Positions 17,896 to 27,166 of a stretch of 64,000 nt of DNA are shown piece by piece. This stretch comes from an uncultured bacterium. GTDB lineage: Bacteria > Patescibacteriota > Minisyncoccia > UBA6257 > GWB1-50-10. Position numbers and translations under genes: made by a program. The stretch is from assembly GCA_963713955.1 (NCBI GenBank), contig OY970216.1:296850-360849 (forward strand). The letters are read 5' to 3'. Positions within the stretch are counted from its first letter, which is position 1. Each line of letters opens with the position of its first letter. Under the pieces are notes generated by a model. It saw only the letters and a program-made list of their open reading frames with translations, was not told the origin of the DNA and did not search any database.

Positions 17896-19875
17896 ATGGT
17901 GGAAAGCGGAAAAGAAATAATCAGAAGCTTGAATGAAGAGCAGCGCGAGGCGGTGGCGGCGAAGAACGGCCCGATTCTCGTCATCGCCGGTCCCGGTTCG
18001 GGGAAAACGCGGGTCATCGAATATCGGGTTTTGAATTTGGTCCGAAGCGGCGTCGATCCGCGGCGCATTTTGCTTTTGACCTTTACGAGAAGGGCGGCGC
18101 GGCAGATGCTTGATCGGGCCGCCTTCCACGACGAGCGGTGCAAGCAGGTCGAGGGCGGGACTTTCCATTCCTTCGCGTACAAACTTTTGAGAGCCGAGGG
18201 GGAGAAACTGGGCTTGAGAAAGAATCTCTCCGTTTTGGACGAAAGCGACGCGGAGGAGCTCGTCGGGAAAATCCTCGCGGCTTCCGGATTCCGGGAGGGA
18301 GACAAAAAGGAAGCCTTCCCCAAAAAAGACACGCTGAAAAAAATCTTCAGCTTAGCCGCCAATAAAAACCTTGGGCTTGAAGGCGTGATCGAGAGATACT
18401 TCTCCCACCTCCGCGATTTCCTGGCGGAGATAAAAGAAATCGGCGACGACTATACCCGCGAGAAGAAAGAAAAAGGCTATGTGGACTTTGACGATCTTCT
18501 TCTTTACGCGCGGGATGTTTTGTCCCTGGGCGGCGTGGGAGAGAAAATCGCTTCGCGATACGAATTCATAATGGTTGACGAGTACCAGGACACCAACCCT
18601 CTGCAGGGTGAGATAACGTATCTCTTGGGGAAAAGGACGGGAAACGTCCTCGTGGTCGGGGACGATGCGCAGAGCATCTATGGATTCCGCGGCGCTTCGC
18701 ATAAGAATATCATGGAGTTTCCGGAAATGTTCCCGGGAACGAAGATCGTGAAGCTCGAGGAAAACTACCGGTCGACGCAAACGATCCTTGATTTGTCGAA
18801 CGAGGTTCTCGCGAACATGGCTGAGAAATTCCAGAAAGACTTGGTTTCGGCGAAGGGCAAAACCGGCGAGAGGCCCAAAGTTCTCTATTTCGGAAACTCC
18901 GAGGATGAGACCGAATGGATCGCCGAAAAAGTTTTGTCCCTCGCGAGTTCCGGCACTCCCTTGCGGGAACAAGCGGTCCTTTTCCGCTCCACGTACGTTT
19001 CCATCATGCTCCAGGCGGAACTTTCGAAAATGAAGATTCCCTACAAGGTTTTCGGGGGATTGAAATTTTACGAGATGGCTCATGTCAAGGACTTCATGGC
19101 GTACGCGCGGGTCATCGCGAATTACCGGGACGAGATCAGCTGGTCGAGGATCCTCGGCATGTTGCCGGGCGTCGGCAAAAAAACCGCGGAAGCGCTCTGG
19201 AGCGAGATGGAAAATTCCGGCGATCTGGATCAAGCTCTTTCGGCTCTGGAAAAATTCGGATTAAGGACCAGAAATTCCGTCCCGATGCTGAAGCTAAAAG
19301 AAGCTCTGTCCGAAGTTTCGGCGTCGCGGGCGAGCGTTTACGACGCGCTCGGCCGGATCATGGATTTCTACCTGCCGTTCTTCCGGGAGAAATTCGACGA
19401 TTGGCCGACGCGACTCCAGGATCTGGAGACACTGAAAGATCTGTCGGAGAATTACGACGATCTGGATTCTTTTCTCGCCGATCTTTCGATAGAAATACCG
19501 GAGGATCGCGGCGAAGAGGAAAAAGATTTTCTGACTCTGTCGACCATCCATTCGGCGAAAGGCTTGGAATGGAACACGGTCTATCTTTTGGGAGTCGCCG
19601 ACGGCGTTTTGCCGTCCAAACGATCCATGGATTTCGAGGAAGACATTGAAGAAGAAGGAAGACTGCTCTACGTCGCAATAACCAGGGCGAAAGAGAGACT
19701 GTATTTGTTCTTTCACTTGGAAGAAGGACGGGGAGCATATTTCGGCCAGAGGATTTCCCGATTTCTCGAGCCGCCGAACGTCTTCAACGCGCTCTCCCAC
19801 GAGGATTTATCGGGGTATGGACTCCGGGACGAGGTCAAATATGACGATGAGGATGAGGGAATAGAGTTGGAATAG
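17896..19875 (+). CDS. UvrD/PcrA/Rep-family SF1 helicase
   Basis: LNEEQ..AV, IAGPGSGKT, LTFTRRAA, VDEYQDTN, VGDDAQSIYGFRGA, LEENYRS, TIHSAKGLEW, LYVAITRAK. Confidence 0.93.
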   Translation: MVESGKEIIRSLNEEQREAVAAKNGPILVIAGPGSGKTRVIEYRVLNLVRSGVDPRRILLLTFTRRAARQMLDRAAFHDERCKQVEGGTFHSFAYKLLRAEGEKLGLRKNLSVLDESDAEELVGKILAASGFREGDKKEAFPKKDTLKKIFSLAANKNLGLEGVIERYFSHLRDFLAEIKEIGDDYTREKKEKGYVDFDDLLLYARDVLSLGGVGEKIASRYEFIMVDEYQDTNPLQGEITYLLGKRTGNVLVVGDDAQSIYGFRGASHKNIMEFPEMFPGTKIVKLEENYRSTQTILDLSNEVLANMAEKFQKDLVSAKGKTGERPKVLYFGNSEDETEWIAEKVLSLASSGTPLREQAVLFRSTYVSIMLQAELSKMKIPYKVFGGLKFYEMAHVKDFMAYARVIANYRDEISWSRILGMLPGVGKKTAEALWSEMENSGDLDQALSALEKFGLRTRNSVPMLKLKEALSEVSASRASVYDALGRIMDFYLPFFREKFDDWPTRLQDLETLKDLSENYDDLDSFLADLSIEIPEDRGEEEKDFLTLSTIHSAKGLEWNTVYLLGVADGVLPSKRSMDFEEDIEEEGRLLYVAITRAKERLYLFFHLEEGRGAYFGQRISRFLEPPNVFNALSHEDLSGYGLRDEVKYDDEDEGIELE

Positions 19876-20090
19876 CTCCCTGTTTCTCATTCGTTCAGTA
19901 AAGTTCTCGGTTGCTAAAATCCTCCTCGCTCCTCGTCGGAATAAAGCCGCAAAATATCGAACTCAACCTCATCCGCCTCATAATCGGCGGATTCGGGATT
20001 CAAACATCCGATATTTTGCTCATTCCTTCCTCATCGCTCGGGGATCTTGGAGCAACTTCGAACAAATTCACTTATGAGGAACAGGGAGCT
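19874..20090. repeat. Structured intergenic repeat, copy B (217 bp)
   Basis: Terminal IR AGCTCCCTGTTTCTCAT/ATGAGGAACAGGGAGCT; core 19917-20045 nearly identical to 60029-60153. Confidence 0.85.
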
Positions 20091-20137
20091 CCATCCTTGC
20101 TTTTTGACAAGAAGCGGGGAGCTGGTAAAATGGAGAC

Positions 20138-20380
20138 ATGGATACGCCAAAAGTTACGATCTATACCACCCCCACCTGCGTGTTTTGCAGGATGGCGAAA
20201 GCGTTTTTCAAGTCGCACAACGTCGCCTATGAGGAGAAAGACGTGGCAACGGATCTTCAGGCGCGTGAGGATATGGTCCGGAAATCCGGCCAGCTCGGCG
20301 TTCCCGTCATCGACGTTGGCGGGGAGATCGTGGTTGGCTTTGACCAAGGGACGCTTTCGAGACTTTTGAAGGTAAAATAA
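20138..20380 (+). CDS. Glutaredoxin/NrdH-like redoxin
   Basis: IYTTPTCVFC, SGQLGVPVI, VGFD. Confidence 0.92.
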   Translation: MDTPKVTIYTTPTCVFCRMAKAFFKSHNVAYEEKDVATDLQAREDMVRKSGQLGVPVIDVGGEIVVGFDQGTLSRLLKVK

Positions 20381-20440
20381 ATTAAATTGAAAAAGGTATC
20401 GTTGAAGCGGTCGCGAAAGCCATAGCGTAAGCGGCGATTC

Positions 20441-22012
20441 ATGAAAAACTATACGAAAAAAGCGGCGATTTTTTTTAAGAGACCAAGAAATCTCGTTATC
20501 GGAATCATTGTCCTGGGGATCGTTCTCTTTTTCATTCTCGGCGGCAAGAAGCAGCCGGTCAATAACCTCATAACGATAAAAAGAGGATCGGTGGTGCAGG
20601 ACATCGTCGTGACGGGGGATATAACATCCGAAGAGAACGTGGATCTTTCGTTCCCCGTGGGCGGTAACATAAGTAAGATTTTCGTCGCAACCGGTGACAA
20701 GGTGGGTACGGGGGATATTCTCCTCGCCGAGGATGCGAGCGTTTTGGAAGCTCAGTTGCAGCAGGCGGAAGCGAGCGTTGCCGCGGACGAAGCGAACCTG
20801 GCAACTCTCGAGAGCGGAGCGACGCCGGAGGACGTCAGTGTTTCCGAAGCCGAGGTTGCGAGTGCGGAGAGCGCGCTTGCCGACGCAAAGAGGGCCGCCG
20901 TGAACGCAATCAAAGATGCGTACACGAAAGCCGACGACGCGGTTCATAACCAAACCGATCAAATTTTCACGAATCCGCGGACGAGCAATCCCCAACTTCT
21001 GTTCACGATACCCGACCAACAGCTCACGGTGAATATCGACGCCGAGCGGGTAGGGGTCGAATCCGATTTCAGCGCTTGGAGTACTGCGCTCCAGAGTCTC
21101 GGTTCTTCCGACGATCTTCTGCCGGTCATAAAACAAACCAAGGCGTATCTCGACGACATCCAAAGTTTTCTGACTGACGTTGCGTCAGCCCTGAACGTCG
21201 CAAATCCCTCCACGGGCGCCACGCAAGCCGCTTTGAGTTCTTGGAAAACCGCTGTCGCGGCCGGCAGGACGGAAACGGGGACAACCCTCACAAACGTCAT
21301 CGGAGTTGAATCGTCGCTGAATGCGGCAGAGACCGCTCTCACGGTTGCCCAAAAACAGCTAGCCTTGAAACAAGCTCCGGCGACGGCCGACCAAGTAGCG
21401 GCTGAGGAAGCCCAAGTGGAACAAGCCAAGGCGAACGTGGCCGTGATCCAAGCGCAAATCAACCAAATGGTGCTCGAGTCACCCCTTTCGGGCATCGTGA
21501 CGAATGTCGTGCCGAAGAAAGGTGAGGTGGTAACGGCGGGGGAAACGGTCGTTTCGATCATGGGGATCAACAGTTTGGAAGTTGAGGCGTACGTGGCGGA
21601 GGCGGACGTCGCGAAGCTTACGGTTGGCGACCCAGTTTCCATGACCTTTGATGCCTTGCCCGGCGAAAATTTCACGGGGAAAGTTTTTTCCATCGATCCG
21701 GCGGAGACCGTCTTGAACGGCGTCGCCAATTACAAGATAAAAGTGAGTTTTGACAAAATGGATCCCCGATTCAAGAGCGGACTCACGGCGAACTTGACCA
21801 TAGAAACGGAGCGGAAAGACGGCGTTCTCGTGGCACCGCAGTTTGCGATCATCCAGAACGATCAGGGAACGTTCGCTACTAAAGTGGTGAACGGCAAAGA
21901 GGAACAAGTGCCGATCATCCTCGGCATCCAGGACCAGAACGGCAATGCGGAAGTCGTGAGCGGTCTTTCGGAAGGCGATCAGGTCCTGAACGTCGGGTTG
22001 AAGCAGCAATGA
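20441..22012 (+). CDS. Efflux periplasmic adaptor (MacA/HlyD family)
   Basis: N-terminal TM, lipoyl half-motifs (LSFPVGG.I..I.V..GD.V..G and SPLSGIV), long coiled coil, SGLSEGDQV. Confidence 0.88.
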   Translation: MKNYTKKAAIFFKRPRNLVIGIIVLGIVLFFILGGKKQPVNNLITIKRGSVVQDIVVTGDITSEENVDLSFPVGGNISKIFVATGDKVGTGDILLAEDASVLEAQLQQAEASVAADEANLATLESGATPEDVSVSEAEVASAESALADAKRAAVNAIKDAYTKADDAVHNQTDQIFTNPRTSNPQLLFTIPDQQLTVNIDAERVGVESDFSAWSTALQSLGSSDDLLPVIKQTKAYLDDIQSFLTDVASALNVANPSTGATQAALSSWKTAVAAGRTETGTTLTNVIGVESSLNAAETALTVAQKQLALKQAPATADQVAAEEAQVEQAKANVAVIQAQINQMVLESPLSGIVTNVVPKKGEVVTAGETVVSIMGINSLEVEAYVAEADVAKLTVGDPVSMTFDALPGENFTGKVFSIDPAETVLNGVANYKIKVSFDKMDPRFKSGLTANLTIETERKDGVLVAPQFAIIQNDQGTFATKVVNGKEEQVPIILGIQDQNGNAEVVSGLSEGDQVLNVGLKQQ

Positions 22013-22037
22013 CCGGGCTGGCGTAGGATTATGCCTC

Positions 22038-22121
22038 GTAGGACAACTTCGAGGTCAGGATTCTTGACCAAGAGATTAAAGGTCTACCATTCAAACAAAG
22101 AATAATTCGAAGTTGTACTAC
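22038..22121. repeat. 84-bp MITE-like element inside the operon
   Basis: TIR GTAGGACAACTTCGA / TCGAAGTTGTACTAC (14/15). Confidence 0.6.
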
Positions 22122-22126
22122 AGGGT

Positions 22127-22837
22127 ATGCTTTCCGTTAGAAATCTCTCAAAAGTGTATCAGGATGACGGCACGGAAACGCAGGCCTTGACCGGCATTTC
22201 TTTTGAGGTGAAAAAGGGAGAGTTCATCGCCATCATGGGACCTTCCGGCTCCGGCAAATCGACGCTCCTCCACATTCTCGGGTTTCTCGATCGGCCGACG
22301 GGCGGCGCGTACTCTTTTTTCGGAAAGGAAATAGAAGACTTGAATGACCTCGAGCTCGCCGAGATACGGAACGAGGAGATGGGATTCGTATTTCAGGATT
22401 TCAATCTCTTGGGACGATCATCCGTTTATGAAAACGTGGAACTCCCCCTCCTTTACAGCAATAAGATCTCTCTGCGGCAGAGGAGAGCGGCCGTCGAGAA
22501 AGCGGTGTCCTCGGTCGGACTTTCGGAGAAATTCTCCGTCGAAGCGGGAAAGCTTTCGGGAGGGCAAAAACAGAGGGTCGCGATCGCACGGGCGCTGGTT
22601 GTAAGTCCGAACGTCATATTCGCCGATGAGCCGACCGGCAATTTGGATTCCAAGTCCGGCGGTCAGGTCATGGACATCCTCCGGGAGCTTAACGACGCCG
22701 GGCACACGGTGATCCTCGTGACTCATGAGACGTACACGGCCGAATTCGCCGAGCGACTGATCCATTTGAAAGACGGGAAAATTGAGAGCGACGCGCCAGT
22801 CACAAAGAGGCGAGGAATAGATCAATTCATTAAATAG
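22127..22837 (+). CDS. ABC transporter ATP-binding protein (MacB/LolD-type)
   Basis: [38 protein letters not shown]. Confidence 0.95.
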   Translation: MLSVRNLSKVYQDDGTETQALTGISFEVKKGEFIAIMGPSGSGKSTLLHILGFLDRPTGGAYSFFGKEIEDLNDLELAEIRNEEMGFVFQDFNLLGRSSVYENVELPLLYSNKISLRQRRAAVEKAVSSVGLSEKFSVEAGKLSGGQKQRVAIARALVVSPNVIFADEPTGNLDSKSGGQVMDILRELNDAGHTVILVTHETYTAEFAERLIHLKDGKIESDAPVTKRRGIDQFIK

Positions 22838-22838
22838 A

Positions 22839-24083
22839 ATGCGGTTCAATGATGCGTTCAAAGCAGCGGTGAAGAGTGTAAAGCATTCCAAGATGCGCTC
22901 CTTTCTCACGATTCTTGGGATCGTGATCGGCGTGGCGTCCGTCATCATTTTGATGTCCGTTGGGCAGTCGGCTCAGGATTACATCCTGAATCAGGTGAAG
23001 GGAGTCGGTTCCAATTTAATTTTCATCATACCCGGCGGGACGAGCGGCTCCAAATTTTCCGCGCCCGCTTCGGAGCGGGGAATCGTAATCAAGACCTTGA
23101 CGGCAACCGACGTGACCGCCCTCGAGCGGGAGCCGACGATCACGGCCGTCGCGCCCCTCGTGAACGGCCAGGCGACCGTGGCGTACGGTAACAATGACAC
23201 CTCGATCCCGTACGAAGGAGTCACGGCCGAATTCTTCCCCATGAGGGGCTTTGATGTTTCCCAAGGGAGAGTTTTCAATCAGTCCGACGTTGATTCTTCG
23301 AACCGGGTCGTGATTCTCGGTCCCACCGTCGCGAAGACGCTTTTCGGCGACATGACGCCGATCGGCAAATTCGTGCGGTTGGGAAACATCCCGCTCCAAG
23401 TGGTCGGGATTCTTGAGAACAAGGGAGTGGGACCCGGCGGAGTTGATCAGGATAACATGGCGCTCGTGCCGATAACGATCGCGCAAAACCAGCTTCTTGG
23501 AGTCAATTACTACGGTTACATCCTCGTGCAGGCGAGCGATTCGTACAGCATCAACTTCACCGAGTCGCGGGTCGTGACCGTCTTGCGGCAAACGCACCAT
23601 GTTACCGATCCGACCAAGGACGATTTCACGGTGGAAACGCAGGCTGACATCCTTTCGATTCTCGGCAACATCACGTCGGTCATGACGATATTCTTAACCG
23701 CTATCGCCTCCATATCGCTCATCGTGGGCGGCATCGGCATTATGAACATCATGCTCGTCTCAGTTATCGAACGGACGAGGGAAATCGGTCTCCGGAAGGC
23801 AGTCGGGGCGACGACGGCCGACATCTTGAAGCAATTCTTGACGGAAGCAACCCTCCTCACGTTTTTAGGCGGAATCATCGGGATCATGTTGGGTGGTCTC
23901 GTGACTTTTGGGGCTTACCTCGTGATCGCCAGAGCCCTCGCCGTTGACTGGACGTTCACTCTCCCCCTGAAAGCCGTCCTTTTGGGCGCGGGAGTCTCGA
24001 TACTGACCGGCATGGTTTTCGGATTCTATCCGGCTCGCCAGGCAGCTAGAAAGAGCCCCATTGAAGCGCTCCACTATGAGTGA
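22839..24083 (+). CDS. ABC transporter permease (MacB/FtsX-type)
   Basis: RSFLTILGIVIGV, GGIGIMNIMLVSV.ERTREIGLRKAVGA, YPA..AA...PIEAL.YE. Confidence 0.95.
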   Translation: MRFNDAFKAAVKSVKHSKMRSFLTILGIVIGVASVIILMSVGQSAQDYILNQVKGVGSNLIFIIPGGTSGSKFSAPASERGIVIKTLTATDVTALEREPTITAVAPLVNGQATVAYGNNDTSIPYEGVTAEFFPMRGFDVSQGRVFNQSDVDSSNRVVILGPTVAKTLFGDMTPIGKFVRLGNIPLQVVGILENKGVGPGGVDQDNMALVPITIAQNQLLGVNYYGYILVQASDSYSINFTESRVVTVLRQTHHVTDPTKDDFTVETQADILSILGNITSVMTIFLTAIASISLIVGGIGIMNIMLVSVIERTREIGLRKAVGATTADILKQFLTEATLLTFLGGIIGIMLGGLVTFGAYLVIARALAVDWTFTLPLKAVLLGAGVSILTGMVFGFYPARQAARKSPIEALHYE

Positions 24084-24103
24084 TTGTTAAAAAGCCCCAC
24101 TTG

Positions 24104-24133
24104 CCCCGCACAAAAACTCGTTTTTGTGCGGGG
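24104..24133. repeat. 30-bp perfect hairpin (CCCC..AC family; may also act as terminator)
   Basis: CCCCGCACAAAAA-CTCG-TTTTTGTGCGGGG. Confidence 0.7.
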
Positions 24134-24177
24134 TCGAAGTCTTGCATTATGAGTAAAGCCTTGTTACGATAACGCCC

Positions 24178-24261
24178 ATGTGGGCAAGATTGGAATTTTG
24201 GATATTCGTCCTCATAGGATTTGCTCTCGTGTATTATGGCTACACGAGAGTTTTAGGATAG
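24178..24261 (+). CDS. 27-aa membrane peptide MWARLEFWIFVLIGFALVYYGYTRVLG
   Basis: TTGCAT-N17-TACGAT promoter (24142-24170), ATG 7 nt later; single TM. Confidence 0.6.
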   Translation: MWARLEFWIFVLIGFALVYYGYTRVLG

Positions 24262-24282
24262 ATCCCTATATAAACCCTCCTC

Positions 24283-24363
24283 CAAGAGACCAGGGAATAA
24301 AAAAGTGGGTAAGACTTGGGCTAGCGCCCCGGAGCGCACACTTTTTTGTTCCCTGGTCTCTTG
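24283..24363 (+). repeat. 81-bp long-stem hairpin repeat, copy 1
   Basis: 25-bp stem enclosing GGTAAGACTTGGGCTAGCGCCCCGGAGCGCA; inverted homolog at 27056-27132. Confidence 0.8.
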
Positions 24364-24388
24364 CTCTCCCCTTTGTTATAATGGAAAC

Positions 24389-24616
24389 ATGATAAACATA
24401 GAGGGTAATTGGCTATTGGCGACGATAGTCATCATATGGGTCCTGCCGTGGAAAGGGGTTGCGTTGTGGAGAGCGGCGAAGTTGTCCCAGAAGTGGTGGT
24501 TTGTCGTGCTTCTCGTTCTGAACACGCTTGCCATTCTTGAGATTCTTTACATTTTCGTGTTTTCCAAATCTGCGATGAAAAAGCAGAATTTGGCTGAAAA
24601 ATCGATATCACAATAG
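24389..24616 (+). CDS. DUF5652-family small membrane protein
   Basis: W.LPWKG.ALWRAA...QKWWF..LL.LNT.AILEILYIF.FS. Confidence 0.85.
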   Translation: MINIEGNWLLATIVIIWVLPWKGVALWRAAKLSQKWWFVVLLVLNTLAILEILYIFVFSKSAMKKQNLAEKSISQ

Positions 24617-24654
24617 GTCGGGGAGGGGTTAAAGCCGAGAAGGCTAACCGAAAA

Positions 24655-25128
24655 ATGAAATTGAAGGTAGGCAAAACTGCTCCGGATTTCGAGTTGCCGG
24701 ATCAGGAAGGAAAGAAACAAAAACTTTCCGGTTACCGCCGGAGGTGGGTTTTGATCTATTTCTATCCCAAGGACGACACGCCGGGATGCACCGCGGAGGC
24801 CTGCATGATCCGCGATTATTTCCCGGATTTCAGGAAATTGAAGGCAAAAGTTCTGGGCATAAGCGTCGATTCGGTGAAAAGTCACGAGAAGTTTGCGAAG
24901 AAATACCAGCTGCCGTTCACGCTCCTTTCGGATGAGAAAAAAGAGGTTGTCGGGAAATACGGCGTGTGGGGGGAGAAAAAATTCATGGGCCGGACGTATG
25001 AAGGAACACTCCGGACGTCGTTCTTGATTGACCCCACGGGGAAAATCGTGAAGATCTACGAGAATGTCAAGCCGGAAATCCACGCGAAAGAAGTCCTCAC
25101 CGATTTGAAAAAGCTGAAGAAGCGATGA
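24655..25128 (+). CDS. bcp: Peroxiredoxin Bcp
   Basis: YFYPKDDTPGCTAEAC, GISVD, RTSFLID. Confidence 0.95.
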   Translation: MKLKVGKTAPDFELPDQEGKKQKLSGYRRRWVLIYFYPKDDTPGCTAEACMIRDYFPDFRKLKAKVLGISVDSVKSHEKFAKKYQLPFTLLSDEKKEVVGKYGVWGEKKFMGRTYEGTLRTSFLIDPTGKIVKIYENVKPEIHAKEVLTDLKKLKKR

Positions 25129-25397
25129 AAAAGACGTATGAAGTGAAAGTTTCCGGTCGAGTCCAGGGTGTCAACTTCAGATACTCGGCAATGAAGAAAG
25201 CGATCGGGCTTGGCATTGTTGGTTTCGTTCGCAATGAATCCGACGGAACGGTGCTTATCGAAGCGGAGGGCGAGGAAGAATCGCTTGAAAAGTTCCTGGC
25301 TTGGTGCCGCAAGGGTCCTTTCTTCGCCAAAGTCGATCGGCTGGACTTTTCCGAGATTCCGGCGCGCGATTACTCCGACTTCAAAATCGCACGGTGA
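25125..25397 (+). CDS. acyP: Acylphosphatase
   Basis: VSGRVQGVNFR, GFVRNESDGTV.IEAEG. Confidence 0.95.
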   Translation: MKKTYEVKVSGRVQGVNFRYSAMKKAIGLGIVGFVRNESDGTVLIEAEGEEESLEKFLAWCRKGPFFAKVDRLDFSEIPARDYSDFKIAR

Positions 25398-25406
25398 TTT
25401 CTTATT

Positions 25407-27047
25407 ATGTCTGAGTTTTACGAAAATCTGAAAAAAGCGGTGAAGGGGGACGTTTTGAATGATGAGGAAACACTCACGAAGTACGGCGAAGATTATTCCA
25501 TCTTCAAGGTAAAACCGCAGGCCGTCGTTTTCCCCAAGGACATTGAAGACGTTAAAAGTTTGGTGAAATTCGCGACTGAGAGGAGACGGAAAGGAGAGAA
25601 CATGTCCCTTACAGGTCGCTCGGCGGGAACCGATATGTCGGGCGGACCCTTGAATGAATCGGTTATCGTCGAGTTTGTGAAATATTTCAACCATGTGCGC
25701 GAAATAGGTTCTGACTATGCCATCGTTGAGCCGGGTGTCTACTTCAGGGATTTCGAAAAACAACTTCAGGGAAAAGGATTGCTCTACCCTCCCTATCCGG
25801 CCTCGAAAGATCTCTGCGCTTTGGGCGGGATGGTGAACAACAATTCGGGCGGGGAACTCACACTCCAGTACGGCAAGACGGAAAATTTCGTCGAGGAACT
25901 CACACTTGTCATGTCCGACGGCGAAGAGCATCGCTTGAGGCCGCTTGTCGGGGATGCATTGCAGAGCAAGTTGAGTGAGGAGAGTTTCGAGGGCGACCTC
26001 TACCGGAAGTTGTATCGGCTGATAGAAGATAATTACGATGTCATCATGGCTGCCAAGCCGAAAGTTTCCAAGAATTCAGCCGGCTACTACCTCTGGAATG
26101 TCTGGGATAAGAAAACATTCGACATCACGAAACTCGTCGTCGGTTCCCAGGGAACCCTCGGGCTTTTGACATCGGCGAAACTCCGTCTTGTGAAGGCTCC
26201 GAAATATACCCGGCTCATTGTCGTGTTTTCCAGAACGCTTGACCCGATTCCGGATTTGGTCGACGCGGTACTGCCCCTGAAACCCGACAGCATCGAGTCG
26301 TACGACGACAAGACGCTCGGGCTTGCCCTGAAATTCTTTCCGGCGCTTTTGAAACTCATGAAAGGAAGCGTTTTCAAGATGATCGTCGAATTCCTGCCGG
26401 AAGTGGGAATGATCATTCGGGGCGGTGTGCCGAAGATGATTCTCTTGGTCTCGGTGTCGGCGGACGATGCGTCTGCCTTGGAAGAGAAATCGCGGGCGGT
26501 CGTGACGGCGATCAAAAGATTCCCGGTTCAAATACGCTCCGTGAGAGACAAAGCGGAAGCGCAGGAGTACTGGACGATCAGACGCCAAAGTTTTAATTTG
26601 CTCCACAGCCACGTGAAAGGTATGTATGCGGCGCCCTTCATCGATGACATTATCGTGGATCCGAAGTACATGCCGGAGCTTCTGCCGCAGGTGAACGCCA
26701 TTTTGGACAGACACAAGGATAAGCTCGTCTACACCATCGCCGGACATCCGGGCAACGGCAATTTCCATATCATCCCCTTAGTGCACTTGAATGATCCGGA
26801 AACGCGGAAGATCATTCCGGAGGTGACGGAAGAGGTCTACAAGCTGGTTTTCAAGTACGGCGGCTCGATAACGGCCGAGCATAATGACGGCTTGATCCGG
26901 ACGCCGTATCTTAAGGAAATGTACGGCGAGAAGATTGTATCGCTCTTTGCCGAAGTGAAGAAGATTTTCGATCCGCTTGGCATTTTCAATCCTGGAAAGA
27001 AAGTTGGCGCGACGCTTGAATACGCGGCAGAACACATGAAAGAATAG
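25407..27047 (+). CDS. FAD-linked oxidoreductase (GlcD/D-lactate dehydrogenase-like)
   Basis: PQAVVFP, RSAGTDMSGG, GGMVNNNSGG, VGSQGTLG, GHPGNGNFH, SITAEHNDG, FDPLGIFNPGK. Confidence 0.88.
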   Translation: MSEFYENLKKAVKGDVLNDEETLTKYGEDYSIFKVKPQAVVFPKDIEDVKSLVKFATERRRKGENMSLTGRSAGTDMSGGPLNESVIVEFVKYFNHVREIGSDYAIVEPGVYFRDFEKQLQGKGLLYPPYPASKDLCALGGMVNNNSGGELTLQYGKTENFVEELTLVMSDGEEHRLRPLVGDALQSKLSEESFEGDLYRKLYRLIEDNYDVIMAAKPKVSKNSAGYYLWNVWDKKTFDITKLVVGSQGTLGLLTSAKLRLVKAPKYTRLIVVFSRTLDPIPDLVDAVLPLKPDSIESYDDKTLGLALKFFPALLKLMKGSVFKMIVEFLPEVGMIIRGGVPKMILLVSVSADDASALEEKSRAVVTAIKRFPVQIRSVRDKAEAQEYWTIRRQSFNLLHSHVKGMYAAPFIDDIIVDPKYMPELLPQVNAILDRHKDKLVYTIAGHPGNGNFHIIPLVHLNDPETRKIIPEVTEEVYKLVFKYGGSITAEHNDGLIRTPYLKEMYGEKIVSLFAEVKKIFDPLGIFNPGKKVGATLEYAAEHMKE

Positions 27048-27055
27048 GAGAATGA

Positions 27056-27132
27056 GAAACCGGCGAAACAAAAAAGTGTGCGCTCCGAGGCCGCTAGGCC
27101 GGTCTTACCCATCTTTTTGTTTCGCCGGTTTC
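27056..27132 (-). repeat. Long-stem hairpin repeat, copy 2 (inverted)
   Basis: GAAACCGGCGAAACAAAAA/TTTTTGTTTCGCCGGTTTC stem; loop is the reverse-complement homolog of 24283-24363. Confidence 0.8.
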
Positions 27133-27166
27133 CTTTAGTGTATAAAGGAAGGAATATGTGTTTTCT

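Noticed and set aside
19911-20369. 152-aa ORF crossing repeat copy B
   Set aside because: Overlaps the structured repeat and glutaredoxin in another frame; no equivalent ORF is called at copies A or C.
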